A DNA stretch of 64,000 bases from Bacteroidales bacterium (GCA_046481675.1 JAWOJJ010000096.1:7109-71108); one strand, 5' to 3'. Shown: positions 1 to 10,557, numbered from the stretch's first letter. The notes: generated from the sequence alone by a model not told the origin. Program-made: numbers and translations.

Positions 1-954
1 TATTACAATGTGGTGGATGAAAATCAGATCATTGACCTGGCCATTTCCCAGGCATCCGGATTTGATAACCGCAAGGTAAACGGCAACCAGTATACCACCA
101 ATGGATATGAAGTAACCCTCAATGCCAGTCCCGTGAAAAACACCACTATAAGGTGGGATATCACCGCAAACTGGGATACCCGGGTGAAAAAACTCACTGA
201 AATATACGGTGGCGCAGAAAAGTATGGCAACTATTCCAAAGGAGAGCGGATTGACAATTATTATGCCACCACCTGGTTGAAGAGTGCCGACGGACAATTG
301 ATTCTTAGCGAGGCTACAGGGCTTCCGGTCAGGGATCCCTATCAGCGATCGGTTGGACATACCGAACCCGACTGGCGTTTTGGACTGCAAAACCGGATCA
401 GCTACAAAAAGATGACACTGGATGTGGATATTGACGGCGTCTGGGGAGGTATTATCCGCTCTTTAACAGTTGAGAAAATGTGGTGGGGCGGAAAACATCC
501 CTATTCAACCGAATGGCGCGATGAAGAATATGCTGCAGGTGCACCGGTTTACGTTCCCAATGGCGTAAATGTGGTCAGCGGTGAACTCACCACCGATGTT
601 GACGGAAAAGTAATATCTGATACCCGGGTATATCAACCCAACGAAACCAAAGTAAGCTGGCAGACCTGGTGTCAGAACTATCCATACAGGGCTAAAGTAA
701 CCGAAAGTGAAAGCAAGACTTTCGCCAACATATTCGACCGCAGTTTTGCCAAGCTTCGCAGGGTTTCTGTAAGTTACGACATTACTCAGCTGGTTGGACT
801 GAAAGGGCTGAAAAATGCAGAGGTTAGTGCCTACGGATACAATTTGTTGATTTTGAAAAAAGCCAACATCATTGATCCCGACTACGGCAACGATGATAAC
901 CTCCAGGATCCGTCAACACGCTACGTGGGTATGAGCCTGAAATTAACCTTCTAA
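1..954 (+). CDS. SusC/RagA-family TonB-dependent outer membrane protein, C-terminal part (5'-truncated by window edge)
   Basis: The frame is open from base 1. It has SusC C-terminal barrel signatures (G.TEPDWRFGLQNRISYK, FAKLRRVSVSY, IIDPD, PSTRYVGMSLKLTF with terminal Phe) and lies directly upstream of a SusD. Confidence 0.9.
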   Translation, partial: YYNVVDENQIIDLAISQASGFDNRKVNGNQYTTNGYEVTLNASPVKNTTIRWDITANWDTRVKKLTEIYGGAEKYGNYSKGERIDNYYATTWLKSADGQLILSEATGLPVRDPYQRSVGHTEPDWRFGLQNRISYKKMTLDVDIDGVWGGIIRSLTVEKMWWGGKHPYSTEWRDEEYAAGAPVYVPNGVNVVSGELTTDVDGKVISDTRVYQPNETKVSWQTWCQNYPYRAKVTESESKTFANIFDRSFAKLRRVSVSYDITQLVGLKGLKNAEVSAYGYNLLILKKANIIDPDYGNDDNLQDPSTRYVGMSLKLTF

Positions 955-971
955 CAGAAAAAACAAAAAAG

Positions 972-2447
972 ATGAAAAATATATTATATCTCAGCCTTGT
1001 CGCATTAATGCTACTTGCATCGTGCGAAAAACTGGAAACCTTTAATGCAAATCCCAATAATGTTTCCGAAACCCATCCTCAATTGTTACTCAACACCATT
1101 GAATGGAAAGCATTCCAGGTTGAAGGCGCCGCTCCGCTTTTTGCATCCAGGATGATCGTTCAGACAGATGGCGAAGAAGCCGAACAGTATTATAAATGGG
1201 ATCGGGGTAGCTTTGACTCCTACCAGGTTCTCCGGGATGTGACCAAAATGATGGAAGAGGCAGAAAGAATTGGTAGTGATAATTATCAGGCACTCGCCCG
1301 GTTTTTCAGAGCCTATTATTTTTACAACCTCACCCTCGTTTTTGGAGATATCCCCTATTCCCAGGCATTAAAGGGTGAATCAGGTCAGGTTTATACACCA
1401 GTATATGATCAACAAAGGGAAATTTTCATGGGAATCCTGCAGGAACTCGAAGAAGCCAACAACATGATGAATGATGACCTGATTGAAGGTGACATCATAT
1501 ATAACGGCAACCCTCAAAAATGGCAGAAACTGATCAATTCATTCCGGCTCAAGGTATTGCTGACGCTTTCAAACAAGACAGCCGACAATGAACTTGAAAT
1601 TGCCGGTTCATTTGCCGAAATAGTCGCCGGCGAACCCCTTATGGAATCAATAGAAGACAACGGGCAGTTGGTTTTCATCAATCAGTTGGGCAACCGCTAC
1701 ACCGAATACAACGTCAGCAGCTACGGATCGGCCCGCTATATGGATTCAACCTTTGTTCAAAGGTTGCAGGAAAGAGAAGATCCCAGGTTGTTTATTTACT
1801 GCGGACAAACCCGGAATGCCAAGGAAGCCGGGCTGCCTTTGAATGATTTCAATGCTTATGAAGGAGGGAATCCCATTGCACCCTATAATGAAGTTAACTT
1901 AAAAGCTGCTGCCGGTAAGGTTTCCAAGGTTAACCTCAGGTATACCAATGATCCAACCTGTGAGCCTCACATGCTGATGGGCTATCATGAATTACAGTTC
2001 ATTCTGGCCGAGGCCCGCATCAAAGGATGGATTGATGATGCAGACGCTGAAACCTACTACGAGCAGGGGATTGAGGCTTCATTTGATTTTTACTACGAAT
2101 ATGCCAAAGAACTGGCAGAATACGTCAACGATGGTGCTTTGAATGACTATTTATCAAACCCGCTTGTTGACCTGTCTTCAGCACCGGATGATGAAGAAAA
2201 ACTGGAACGGATCATCATACAGAAATACCTGGCATCATTTCTTCAGGGTGGCTGGAGTATGTACTTTGAGCACCTGAGAACCGGATACCCGGATTTCAGT
2301 TACCTGCCCACTTTGACTCCTCCTGCCCGGTGGATGTATCCGAACAGCGAATACCAGCTCAACAGCAAAAACGTTTCTGATGCAATAACCCGGCAATTTG
2401 GAGCCGATAACGACAACATCCGCGTAACTCCCTGGTGGTTGCAATAA
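972..2447 (+). CDS. SusD/RagB-family nutrient-binding lipoprotein
   Basis: Lipobox LLASC, followed by NPNN, FGDIPYSQAL, PVYD.Q, KWQKLINSFRLK and RTGYP..P.RWMYP.SE motifs, ending in WW. Confidence 0.92.
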   Translation: MKNILYLSLVALMLLASCEKLETFNANPNNVSETHPQLLLNTIEWKAFQVEGAAPLFASRMIVQTDGEEAEQYYKWDRGSFDSYQVLRDVTKMMEEAERIGSDNYQALARFFRAYYFYNLTLVFGDIPYSQALKGESGQVYTPVYDQQREIFMGILQELEEANNMMNDDLIEGDIIYNGNPQKWQKLINSFRLKVLLTLSNKTADNELEIAGSFAEIVAGEPLMESIEDNGQLVFINQLGNRYTEYNVSSYGSARYMDSTFVQRLQEREDPRLFIYCGQTRNAKEAGLPLNDFNAYEGGNPIAPYNEVNLKAAAGKVSKVNLRYTNDPTCEPHMLMGYHELQFILAEARIKGWIDDADAETYYEQGIEASFDFYYEYAKELAEYVNDGALNDYLSNPLVDLSSAPDDEEKLERIIIQKYLASFLQGGWSMYFEHLRTGYPDFSYLPTLTPPARWMYPNSEYQLNSKNVSDAITRQFGADNDNIRVTPWWLQ

Positions 2448-2497
2448 CAGGAACGCGCGATTGCTGAATCTGAAGTTTCTTTGCGCTCTGTTTTCCC

Positions 2498-2532
2498 AAT
2501 CTGCCAGCCGGTTTTTTTGGCTGGCAGATTTT
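2498..2532 (+). terminator. Hairpin downstream of susD (probable terminator)
   Basis: A 12-bp perfect stem AATCTGCCAGCC/GGCTGGCAGATT followed by a short T run. Confidence 0.55.
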
Positions 2533-2575
2533 ATCAAAACATATTTCAAGAGGTTGTCCAATAAGTCTAAAAAAA

Positions 2576-2601
2576 GAGCGTAGTCCGGAGACTGCGCTCA
2601 G
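2576..2601. repeat. REP-like palindrome remnant (CTGAGCGNAGTC family)
   Basis: GAGCGTAGTC-CGGA-GACTGCGCTC(AG). The reverse complement CTGAGCGCAGTC matches CTGAGCGGAGTC at 59140 and 59185 in 11/12 positions. Confidence 0.55.
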
Positions 2602-2632
2602 CAATCGGAGTTAATATGATGTATTATTTGCT

Positions 2633-2655
2633 AGGCGTAGTTTGCAACTACGCCT
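2633..2655. repeat. 23-bp palindrome, REP-like (copy 1)
   Basis: AGGCGTAGTTTGCAACTACGCCT, with a near-identical copy at 31004-31026. Confidence 0.65.
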
Positions 2656-2703
2656 TTAAAATGGATCTTTTGAACAGTTTCCTTCATTATAAACAAACCT
2701 GAA

Positions 2704-5448
2704 ATGAAACCGGTACATATTCTAATAACTATTTCACTATGCATGCTCCTGGCCGGATGTTCCAAAAGAAATCCCTGGATAGCAGAAGCCCCTGCAGATT
2801 CCTTGTTTTGCCAGATTCAAGGCGATACCCTGGCCATCCTTCCCAACGGAAGAATCATCACGCCACTGGGAAAGCAGATCAGGATTGCCCCCCATCCTTA
2901 CGGGCTGGTTTTGAGCCATGACGGGAACACTGCGGTAACAGCCAATTCAGGCGTGAGTCCGTTCTCCATTACCATAATCAAGAACCTGCATTCAAACTCC
3001 CCGGAAGTTGTTCAAATACCTGAAGGTCCTCTTACTGATGTGGGTGTGCTTGAGGCTGTTTTCATGGGACTGGCCATATCTCCCGATGACCAGACTCTGT
3101 ACGTGGCCGGCGGACAATCCAACAAGATATATACATTCGATCTGGATTCGTGCAAAAAATCAGGTGAAATAGAATGTTCCGGAATTTGGAATAACCGGGA
3201 AATCAACCAGGGCTACCTGGGTGATATGGTCCTTTCGGCCAATGGTGAACTGCTTTACGCTGTTGATCAGATCAACTTTTGCATCAACATCATCAATACC
3301 CGTTCAGGTGCAGTTCTTAACCGGGTTGCCACGGGCCGGTACCCGTTTGGAATTACCCTTTCACCCAACGGAGATAAACTCTTTGTAGCCAATGTAGGTG
3401 TTTTTGAATATTCCCTTATTCAGTCATCAGACACTTCTGCTTCCGCCCAGCCACTAATGAACTATCCGCCATTTGGCTACATGACTGAAGCAATGAAAAA
3501 AGGCATCAGAAACGATTCCTTGATTGTGAAAGGGCTGGGCGACCCCAACGCTCCCGAAGCGTTTTCTGTTTGGGCATACAGCCTGCTGCAACCCGATAAA
3601 CCCGAAATTACCGATCAGATTAAAACCGGATTCCAGGTAGGCCAACCGGTTGAAGGAATTCCGGCAGTGGGCGGCTCCAGTCCGAATTCCCTGGTTACCA
3701 ACAACGAATACGTTTTTGTAAGCAACGGCAATAATGACTGCATTTCCGTAATCAGCACACAATCCAATAAGCTGGTAAAGGAAATCTTCCTGCAACCCGA
3801 TGTCAGGCTCCGCAACCTCAGGGGAATTATTCCCTTCGGATTGGCACTCTCTCCAAAAGGAGACCTTCTTTTCGCGGCAGAGGCAGGCATTAACGCTGTT
3901 GCCGTAATTGATACCCGCAGTCTGCAGGTTACAGGTCATCTGCCTGCCGGCTGGTTTCCCTCCAAACTTGCAGTAACCCCCGATGGCAAAAAGCTGGTAG
4001 TGGCCAACGCTAAAGGATTTGGAAGCGGCCCAAATGGAGGTAAAAACTGCGGTGTCCCGGAAAAGTTCAGTTACATTGGATACCTCATGAAAGGTACCGT
4101 TTCCATAATGGATATACCCGGTGAGGACTTCCTCCCTGAACTGACCAAAAACGTTATTGCAAACAATTTCAAATTTACCAGGTACAACAAGTCCAAAAAT
4201 CAGCGGCACGCGAACAATCCCGTCCCTGTACTCCCGGGAGAGCGGAACAGTCCGATAAAACATATTGTTTTCATATCCAAAGAGAACAGAACCTACGATG
4301 AGGTTTTCGGACAGGTAAAAAAAGGGAATGGCGATCCGGAACTGGCCCGTTATGGCATGCATGTCAGTTTCAGCAACAGGGCTGGAAAGGATTCCGTTAC
4401 CGGGGCAACGGTCATGATCAATCATCTGGCAATGGCCAGGCGCTTTGCCATATGCGATAATTTTTATGTGGATGCCGACGTTTCAGCTGATGGACACCGT
4501 TGGCTTTCGGGGGTGTATCCGAACGAATGGACTGAAACCTCAACCAGTGCTTCCTATGGCGGGAAAAGAGACTTTGACATCAATTCCAAAGCTCCGGGGA
4601 TATTCTCCTTCGTGGGAGCTTCCGGCACTTTCTACCCCGAAGACTATAATGAAGCCGGCTCCATCTGGGAGCACTTTGATCGCAATCAAATCAGTTTTTA
4701 CAATTTCGGGTTTGCCTTGGAACAGGCTCCCGGATATGCCGATTCCACAATGAAATACGGAGGGGTGCGCTACCTGATCAATTACCCCCTGCCCGACCCG
4801 GTTTTCAAAAACTCCTCCCGCAATTTCCCCACCTTTAATATGGCTATACCTGATCAGTTCAGGGTTGATATTTTCATTGACGAATTCAATGAAAGGTTTA
4901 CCGGCCCGGGTAAAAGCATGCCCGATGTTATCACCATGATGCTCCCCAACGACCATGGTGCGGGAGAAAGGCCTTACGCAGGTTTTCCGTTTCGCGAAAG
5001 TTATATGTGCGATAACGACCTGGCACTTGGGCGTATTGTGGAATTCCTTTCGCACACACCCTACTGGAAAAACATGGTCATTGTGGTAACCGAGGATGAC
5101 GCCCAGGACGGTCGCGATCACATTGACGCCCACCGAAGTTTGCTGATGGTCATCTCTCCTTACGCAAAAAGCAACTTCGTAAGTCATAAACATTACAGCT
5201 TTGGAAGCATCTTTAAAACCATCTGGAACCTGACAGGCGTACCTTACCTGAACCAATATGATGCAGCTGCCACCGATCTGGCCGACTGCTTTAGTGCAGT
5301 GCCCGATTTCACCCCCTACAACGCAATACCTGTAGACAAAAGAATATTTGACCCGGAAAAAGCAATGACACCTATTGATGAGGATTTCGACTGGAAAGCA
5401 ATTGAAGAATCCCCGAAACTGGATCATGTTGAAGATTTTCTCAAATAA
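2704..5448 (+). CDS. Lipoprotein with YVTN/YncE beta-propeller plus alkaline-phosphatase-superfamily phosphoesterase domain
   Basis: Lipobox LAGC and repeated propeller blades (PYGLVLS.DG, PFGITLSPNG, PSKLAVTPDG). The C-terminal phosphoesterase motifs are IKHIVFISKENRTYD, DNFY..VSADGH, LPNDH, DNDLALGRIVE and EDDAQDG.DH.DAHRS. Confidence 0.85.
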   Translation: MKPVHILITISLCMLLAGCSKRNPWIAEAPADSLFCQIQGDTLAILPNGRIITPLGKQIRIAPHPYGLVLSHDGNTAVTANSGVSPFSITIIKNLHSNSPEVVQIPEGPLTDVGVLEAVFMGLAISPDDQTLYVAGGQSNKIYTFDLDSCKKSGEIECSGIWNNREINQGYLGDMVLSANGELLYAVDQINFCINIINTRSGAVLNRVATGRYPFGITLSPNGDKLFVANVGVFEYSLIQSSDTSASAQPLMNYPPFGYMTEAMKKGIRNDSLIVKGLGDPNAPEAFSVWAYSLLQPDKPEITDQIKTGFQVGQPVEGIPAVGGSSPNSLVTNNEYVFVSNGNNDCISVISTQSNKLVKEIFLQPDVRLRNLRGIIPFGLALSPKGDLLFAAEAGINAVAVIDTRSLQVTGHLPAGWFPSKLAVTPDGKKLVVANAKGFGSGPNGGKNCGVPEKFSYIGYLMKGTVSIMDIPGEDFLPELTKNVIANNFKFTRYNKSKNQRHANNPVPVLPGERNSPIKHIVFISKENRTYDEVFGQVKKGNGDPELARYGMHVSFSNRAGKDSVTGATVMINHLAMARRFAICDNFYVDADVSADGHRWLSGVYPNEWTETSTSASYGGKRDFDINSKAPGIFSFVGASGTFYPEDYNEAGSIWEHFDRNQISFYNFGFALEQAPGYADSTMKYGGVRYLINYPLPDPVFKNSSRNFPTFNMAIPDQFRVDIFIDEFNERFTGPGKSMPDVITMMLPNDHGAGERPYAGFPFRESYMCDNDLALGRIVEFLSHTPYWKNMVIVVTEDDAQDGRDHIDAHRSLLMVISPYAKSNFVSHKHYSFGSIFKTIWNLTGVPYLNQYDAAATDLADCFSAVPDFTPYNAIPVDKRIFDPEKAMTPIDEDFDWKAIEESPKLDHVEDFLK

Positions 5449-5466
5449 TTGCAACCTGGCATCACT

Positions 5467-7605
5467 ATGGTTAGAAGAATAACTAAATGGGTATTCATTC
5501 TATCGGCTATATGCCTTGCTGCCGGATTCAATAATCTTTATTCACAGGATATTCAAAATCATCGGAAAATCAAACCTGCTGATTCCGTTGAATTCGTCCT
5601 GCAGGAAGTTGTGATTACGGCCGGCAGAGAAGCTTATAACCAATTCCGGCTTCCCGGCGCCATTACATCACTGAATAAAATTGATCTTCAGAAAGCCAAT
5701 ATCCGCTCAACCCCCGAGCTGTTAGCAGGTAAATGCGGGGTATGGGTGCAAAAAACCAATCACGGCGGCGGATCGCCATATATCAGGGGCCTGACGGGTT
5801 ATCACACCCTCCTGCTTGTCGATGGCATCCGGCTTAACAACGGCATTTTCCGTTCGGGCCCGAATCAGTATCTGAATACCATTGATCCGTTTATGCTGTC
5901 GGCAATTGAAGTGCTTCGTGGCGACGGAGCGGTACAATACGGCAGTGATGCGGTTGGCGGTGTGGTGAACCTGATTTCATACCAACCCTCATTTTCTGAA
6001 AACACATTTCATGTTCGCGGACAGTTGGGTATGAAATATGTGATCCCGTGTTTAAGTAATTCAGATGAAACATCCCGCGTAACCCTGTACCCGGGCATGG
6101 AAGGCATATTACATGGCCGAATAGAGTCGTCTTCCAATAAAATATGTATGGTTGCGGCCGGCTCGTTGAAGCAATTCGGCGACATCATGCCGGGTGGCAA
6201 TGGCCAAAGTCTATCGCCAACCGGCTACGATGAATACGACCTGGGTTATACAATCAGTTTAAAGCCAGATGAAAACAACACCCTGACAGCCGCCTTCCAG
6301 CACATGAATCAATCTGATATTCCCATTTACCATAAACTGGTTTCGTCAGGTTACAACACCTATCACACAGCGCTCCAGCAAAGAACCCTGTACCGGCTTT
6401 CAGATGAAATCGACCTGAAGGGAATGGTGGAAAAAGTGACCATCAACACGTTCCTGATCCGTGCCAGGGAAAATCTGGCTGTTGAAAAATCCGGATCCCC
6501 GAACCACAGCCTGAACAAGGATCAAATCCTGACCAGGGGATTTACCCTGGATGTTCGTATGAAAAAGCGGGGCATCACCTTCCATCCGGGAATCGACTTT
6601 TATCATGATCGGGTTGAAAGTGAAAAAATCATCTACAACGAACAGGATCAGATTACGGAAAAACAGCGGGGCACATTTGCCGATGGTTCCATGGCCTGGC
6701 ATGCTTCGCTTTTTGCATTGTGCAATGCCGAAATGGGCTTATCGCGGTTTAACCTGGGAACACGACTTGTTTATAGCGTGACTCAGGTATCCGATACCCT
6801 TTTTGGCAGGGTAACCCTGAAAGATCCGGGCCTGGTATGGAATCTGGGATACAGCTTGTCGGTCACACCCCGGTTGAAATGGGTGTTCTCACTAAACAGC
6901 GGATACCGCACACCCAATATCAGCGATTTATCAAGCTTCGGTATTGCAGATTACCGTTTTGAAATTCCGAACACCAGCCTGGGCAGCGAAAAATCCCTTA
7001 CTGCAGAAACCGGGTTCAAAATTTCTACGCCCAAAGTGGGTTCCTCGTTTTTTGTATATTATACCGGACTGAAGAATCTGATCTCCACCAAGCCAACCTC
7101 CTACCAGGGGAATGACTCAGTCAGCACCGACGGTACAAATTACGTTTATTACTACACCCGGATAAACATGCAACAATCAGCAATTTCGGGTGCGGAAATT
7201 CAGTTTCTATACAGGTATACACCAAAGTTTCAGCTCAATGTGATGGCGTGCTATACTTACGGACAAAACAATACACTGCATGAGCCTGTTTCACGAATTC
7301 CCCCGTTGAACGCGTCAGCAGTGTTGAGTTATCATCATTCCCGGCAACTGGGGGCAAGCCTGGAATGGCTGGTTGCCGGCAAACAGGACCGACTCTCTTC
7401 AGGTGACAGGAAAGATTCCCGGATACCTTCGGGGGGAACCCCTTCATGGTCCAACCTCAGTGTTTCACTTCATCTGATATCCAAGTACATTGATGTTCAT
7501 GCGGGAGTGGGAAATGTGCTCAACGCCAGATACCGGACGCACGGCTCCGGTGTTGATGCTTACGGAAGACATATCTGGTTGCACACGATCGTGAAACTCC
7601 CTTAG
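5467..7605 (+). CDS. TonB-dependent receptor (non-SusC type)
   Basis: Signal peptide, TonB-box-like EVVITA, plug motifs (QKTNHGGGSPYIRG, LLLVDGIRLNN, IEVLRG..AVQYGSDAVGGVVN) and C-terminal NVLNARY..HGSG...GR. The ATG at 5467 is preferred over TTG 5449. Confidence 0.88.
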   Translation: MVRRITKWVFILSAICLAAGFNNLYSQDIQNHRKIKPADSVEFVLQEVVITAGREAYNQFRLPGAITSLNKIDLQKANIRSTPELLAGKCGVWVQKTNHGGGSPYIRGLTGYHTLLLVDGIRLNNGIFRSGPNQYLNTIDPFMLSAIEVLRGDGAVQYGSDAVGGVVNLISYQPSFSENTFHVRGQLGMKYVIPCLSNSDETSRVTLYPGMEGILHGRIESSSNKICMVAAGSLKQFGDIMPGGNGQSLSPTGYDEYDLGYTISLKPDENNTLTAAFQHMNQSDIPIYHKLVSSGYNTYHTALQQRTLYRLSDEIDLKGMVEKVTINTFLIRARENLAVEKSGSPNHSLNKDQILTRGFTLDVRMKKRGITFHPGIDFYHDRVESEKIIYNEQDQITEKQRGTFADGSMAWHASLFALCNAEMGLSRFNLGTRLVYSVTQVSDTLFGRVTLKDPGLVWNLGYSLSVTPRLKWVFSLNSGYRTPNISDLSSFGIADYRFEIPNTSLGSEKSLTAETGFKISTPKVGSSFFVYYTGLKNLISTKPTSYQGNDSVSTDGTNYVYYYTRINMQQSAISGAEIQFLYRYTPKFQLNVMACYTYGQNNTLHEPVSRIPPLNASAVLSYHHSRQLGASLEWLVAGKQDRLSSGDRKDSRIPSGGTPSWSNLSVSLHLISKYIDVHAGVGNVLNARYRTHGSGVDAYGRHIWLHTIVKLP

Positions 7606-7685
7606 TATCTATACCATTTTTGAAAAGTAACCGCCCCTAAATTGGAGTGATTTGTATATTATAATGGCCGCATTCCTTGTAACTT

Positions 7686-9467
7686 CTATAAATTGCTCCG
7701 GATATCCCTGGCCAGCGTAAACAAAAATTCCAGGCCCCCGCCATTGCGGTTCTTCACCGAAACATCACCCTTGTGAAACTGAATGGCATTTTTTACAATG
7801 GCCAACCCCAATCCGGTACCTCCCTTTTTCCGGTCGCGCCCCTTGTCAACCCGGTAAAAACGTTCGAACAACCGGGGCAAATCAGCTTCAGGCGCTCCGG
7901 CACCGGTATCATAAAAAGAAAAGTAATGAAAATCCTGGTCCTGGGTGTAATTCTCAACATGAATGGTAATGCCTTTTCCGCCATGATGAATGGCATTGTC
8001 AAAAAGATTCCGGAATATAGAATACAACAATCCGTAATTTCCATTAATACTAAGTCCTTGTGTGATATTCACTTCCAGCCTGATGTCGTTGGCATCCAGC
8101 ATGGTTTGGGTTTCACCGGCAATATCATGAACCAGTTCATCCAGATCAACCTCCTCAACCTGGTACAGCGATGCTGCTTCTTCAATCTTGGTCAAAATGG
8201 AAATGTCGTTGATCAGGTCGGCCAGCCGGCACGACTGGGAATAAGCCCGTCGCAGGTAATCCGCCGTCCGCTCCCTGTCAGTATTTCCTTCCAGAATGGT
8301 CTCCAGGAAACCCTTGATGGAACTAACCGGCGTTTTCAGCTCATGGGCAATGTTCTCGGTGATCTGTTGCTTCAAAACCTTGCGTTTGGTTTGTTTCGAC
8401 ACATCATTAACCGAAACCTCAAAGCTCTTGTCGGGAAATACAATGCACTTGACCAAAAAATAACGGCCGTTTTTCAGGATGGTAATTTCATAAGTGGGCT
8501 GCATATCGGTAAGGTCATCCCCATTCTCCCTGAGAAACTTATTTACAAACGCGAAAATCGGCTTGAAATCAGGAATCCGGAAAAACTCTTCAGCTGTAAA
8601 AACACGGTTGTCACTGATGTTATTGATGAATTGGATGAAATGATTGTTACTGGTGATCACCTGCATGCCTTTTGAGAATATGGCAATACCTTCATCCAGT
8701 AAATTGAGGTGCCGGATCAGCTTGGCTTTTTCCGACAGGAGCTCCTCCTTGGTTTTATTCAGACTTTGGTAAATCTCAATAATCTCCTGGCCGATGTCTC
8801 CCAACTCATTATCGGGAAATCTCAGCTTTTCATCAATAGGCTTGTTTGTAGTGGCTTTTAAGGTGAATTCCTTTAAGGTATGGATTGATTTTCCGTATTT
8901 GTCCGTAATAAGCAAAATAAACATCGTAGCCAATAACAACGCCAGAATGACCATCAGCAGGAAAATCCTGTCGGGCTTGATGAACTTTCTTGCATCCTTT
9001 TCATACTCGGTGGATATGCGGATAAAGTATGCCGGGTATCTTTTGGCATAGTAATAGTACTTTATATTAGTGGAGCCGGATACCCGGATGTCAGTTCCAT
9101 AGCTTTTCACCAGGGCCTGTTGTATTTCTTGCCGGTTGATATGGTTCTCCATCCGGTCATAGCGAACATATTCGGAGTCATATAGAACCTTTCCTGTATC
9201 ATCAATAACAGTGAGCCTTATGGCATCATTTGAAATGAGTGAAACCAGTGAATCCAGTTTCGCATAACTACCTGAACTGGCAACTATGTTGCTGCTCATA
9301 AAACCTTCGGTGAGCCTTACATAATTGTCAAGATTTTCATTGAGTGCCTCAATGCGGAACTTTCTTTCGTGAAAATAATCCGAAACAAGCAAAATTGCAG
9401 CAAACAAAAGGAAAAAGGTCACCGTATACAGCACCCACCTCCTGGTATAAGACGCAATGAATCTCAT
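7686..9467 (-). CDS. phoR: PhoR-like sensor histidine kinase
   Basis: Two TM segments, MENH..R.EI sensor motif, H-box HELKTPV, N-box NLFDNAI, D/F/G boxes (DTGAG, FERFYRVDKGR, GGTGLGLAIVK). It lies beside a PiT transporter. Confidence 0.8.
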   Translation of the reverse strand: MRFIASYTRRWVLYTVTFFLLFAAILLVSDYFHERKFRIEALNENLDNYVRLTEGFMSSNIVASSGSYAKLDSLVSLISNDAIRLTVIDDTGKVLYDSEYVRYDRMENHINRQEIQQALVKSYGTDIRVSGSTNIKYYYYAKRYPAYFIRISTEYEKDARKFIKPDRIFLLMVILALLLATMFILLITDKYGKSIHTLKEFTLKATTNKPIDEKLRFPDNELGDIGQEIIEIYQSLNKTKEELLSEKAKLIRHLNLLDEGIAIFSKGMQVITSNNHFIQFINNISDNRVFTAEEFFRIPDFKPIFAFVNKFLRENGDDLTDMQPTYEITILKNGRYFLVKCIVFPDKSFEVSVNDVSKQTKRKVLKQQITENIAHELKTPVSSIKGFLETILEGNTDRERTADYLRRAYSQSCRLADLINDISILTKIEEAASLYQVEEVDLDELVHDIAGETQTMLDANDIRLEVNITQGLSINGNYGLLYSIFRNLFDNAIHHGGKGITIHVENYTQDQDFHYFSFYDTGAGAPEADLPRLFERFYRVDKGRDRKKGGTGLGLAIVKNAIQFHKGDVSVKNRNGGGLEFLFTLARDIRSNL

Positions 9468-9476
9468 AATATCCTG

Positions 9477-10172
9477 TTAATCCATTTCGAGACAATAACC
9501 ATATCCTTTGCGGGTAATCAGATACTTACCATAACTGCCGAGCTTTTTTCTCAATCGGGTAATGTGTACATCCACCGTACGGTCAGTGACATTCACATCG
9601 CGCCAGATGTAATCGAGAAATTGATCCCTGCCGAAAATCCGGCCCGGATTCTTCATCAATATATGCAAAAGCTGGAATTCAATAGGCGTAAGATCTTCCT
9701 TGACCCCGTCAACGATCAGCCTCTTTTTCTCAATATCAAGCTCAATGCCAGCCATTTTTATGGTTGCAGGCTCCGATGTAAGATCACCTGTTTGATCCGA
9801 ACGTCGCAAAACAGCTTTGATGCGGGCAACGACTTCTTTAATTGAAAAGGGTTTGGTAATGTAATCATCAGCACCTACCGAAAAGCCTGTTAATTTATCA
9901 TTCTCTGTGTTCTTTGCCGTAATGAAAAAAATCAGGGCATCCAGCTTCTTTTTATTTCTGATTTCATCGGCCAGCCGGTAACCCGATATGCCTTTCATCA
10001 TGATGTCGAGCAGAAACAAATGATACTTGTCGAGCTTTTTCTGCATGGCCTCCTCTGCAGAATTAACGGTATCTACATTGTACCCTTCCGATTCCAGGTT
10101 GAATTTCAGGATTTCACATATATCCTCTTCATCATCAACCACGAGTATGTGTATGGCATTGTATGTGTTCAT
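9477..10172 (-). CDS. phoB: PhoB/PhoP-like OmpR-family response regulator
   Basis: Receiver motifs (LVVDDE, LLDIMM, GADDYITKPF) and a winged-helix C-terminus (RTVDVHITRLRKKL, RKGYGY). It is divergent from the phosphate transporter. Confidence 0.8.
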   Translation of the reverse strand: MNTYNAIHILVVDDEEDICEILKFNLESEGYNVDTVNSAEEAMQKKLDKYHLFLLDIMMKGISGYRLADEIRNKKKLDALIFFITAKNTENDKLTGFSVGADDYITKPFSIKEVVARIKAVLRRSDQTGDLTSEPATIKMAGIELDIEKKRLIVDGVKEDLTPIEFQLLHILMKNPGRIFGRDQFLDYIWRDVNVTDRTVDVHITRLRKKLGSYGKYLITRKGYGYCLEMD

Positions 10173-10201
10173 TGCTAATGAGTTGTGTATTGATTAAGCC
10201 A

Positions 10202-10236
10202 CTAAAGTAGCACAGCTATGTTACAGCAATGTTACA
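10202..10236 (-). promoter_or_regulatory. Putative phoB promoter: Pho-box-like direct repeat plus -7-like element
   Basis: On the minus strand, TGTAACA-N4-TGTAACA (10236-10219, 11-bp period) lies about 10 bp upstream of TACTTTAG (10209-10202), which is one mismatch from the Bacteroidota TAnnTTTG consensus. Confidence 0.65.
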
Positions 10237-10295
10237 ATATTACTATAATATTATTACGTATCGATCAAAGATTTGCAAGCACAGCTTCTTTCAAT

Positions 10296-10423
10296 TGTAA
10301 CATTTTCTTAACGTTTTTGCAACTTTCATTTAATCTTTCCCCGTCATCTTTGTAACGTTTACTTAACATTGGTTTGTCTTCAATGTGCTTTTTATTTAAC
10401 TATATTGTAACAAATGCTTCATA
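10296..10423 (+). promoter_or_regulatory. Array of Pho-box-like half-sites in 11-bp phase upstream of the PiT gene
   Basis: TGTAACA 10296, CTTAACG 10307, TGCAACT 10318, TTTAATC 10329, TGTAACG 10351, CTTAACA 10362, TTTAACT 10395, TGTAACA 10406. All starts differ by multiples of 11. Confidence 0.7.
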
Positions 10424-10557
10424 TGAAACATGAACTTTTGCAAATCAGAATTGCAGCAATCATTTTTATGACACCTGGATCGTTCTTATATGTTGACTAT
10501 TTAAATACAATGAATTAACTTTATACTGCTACATAACGAAATTATTTCAACAGCCTT

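Noticed and set aside
3454-8675. Long antisense ORFs (3454..4425, 4540..5454, 7773..8675)
   Set aside because: They lie wholly or almost wholly opposite well-supported genes and have no domain motifs.
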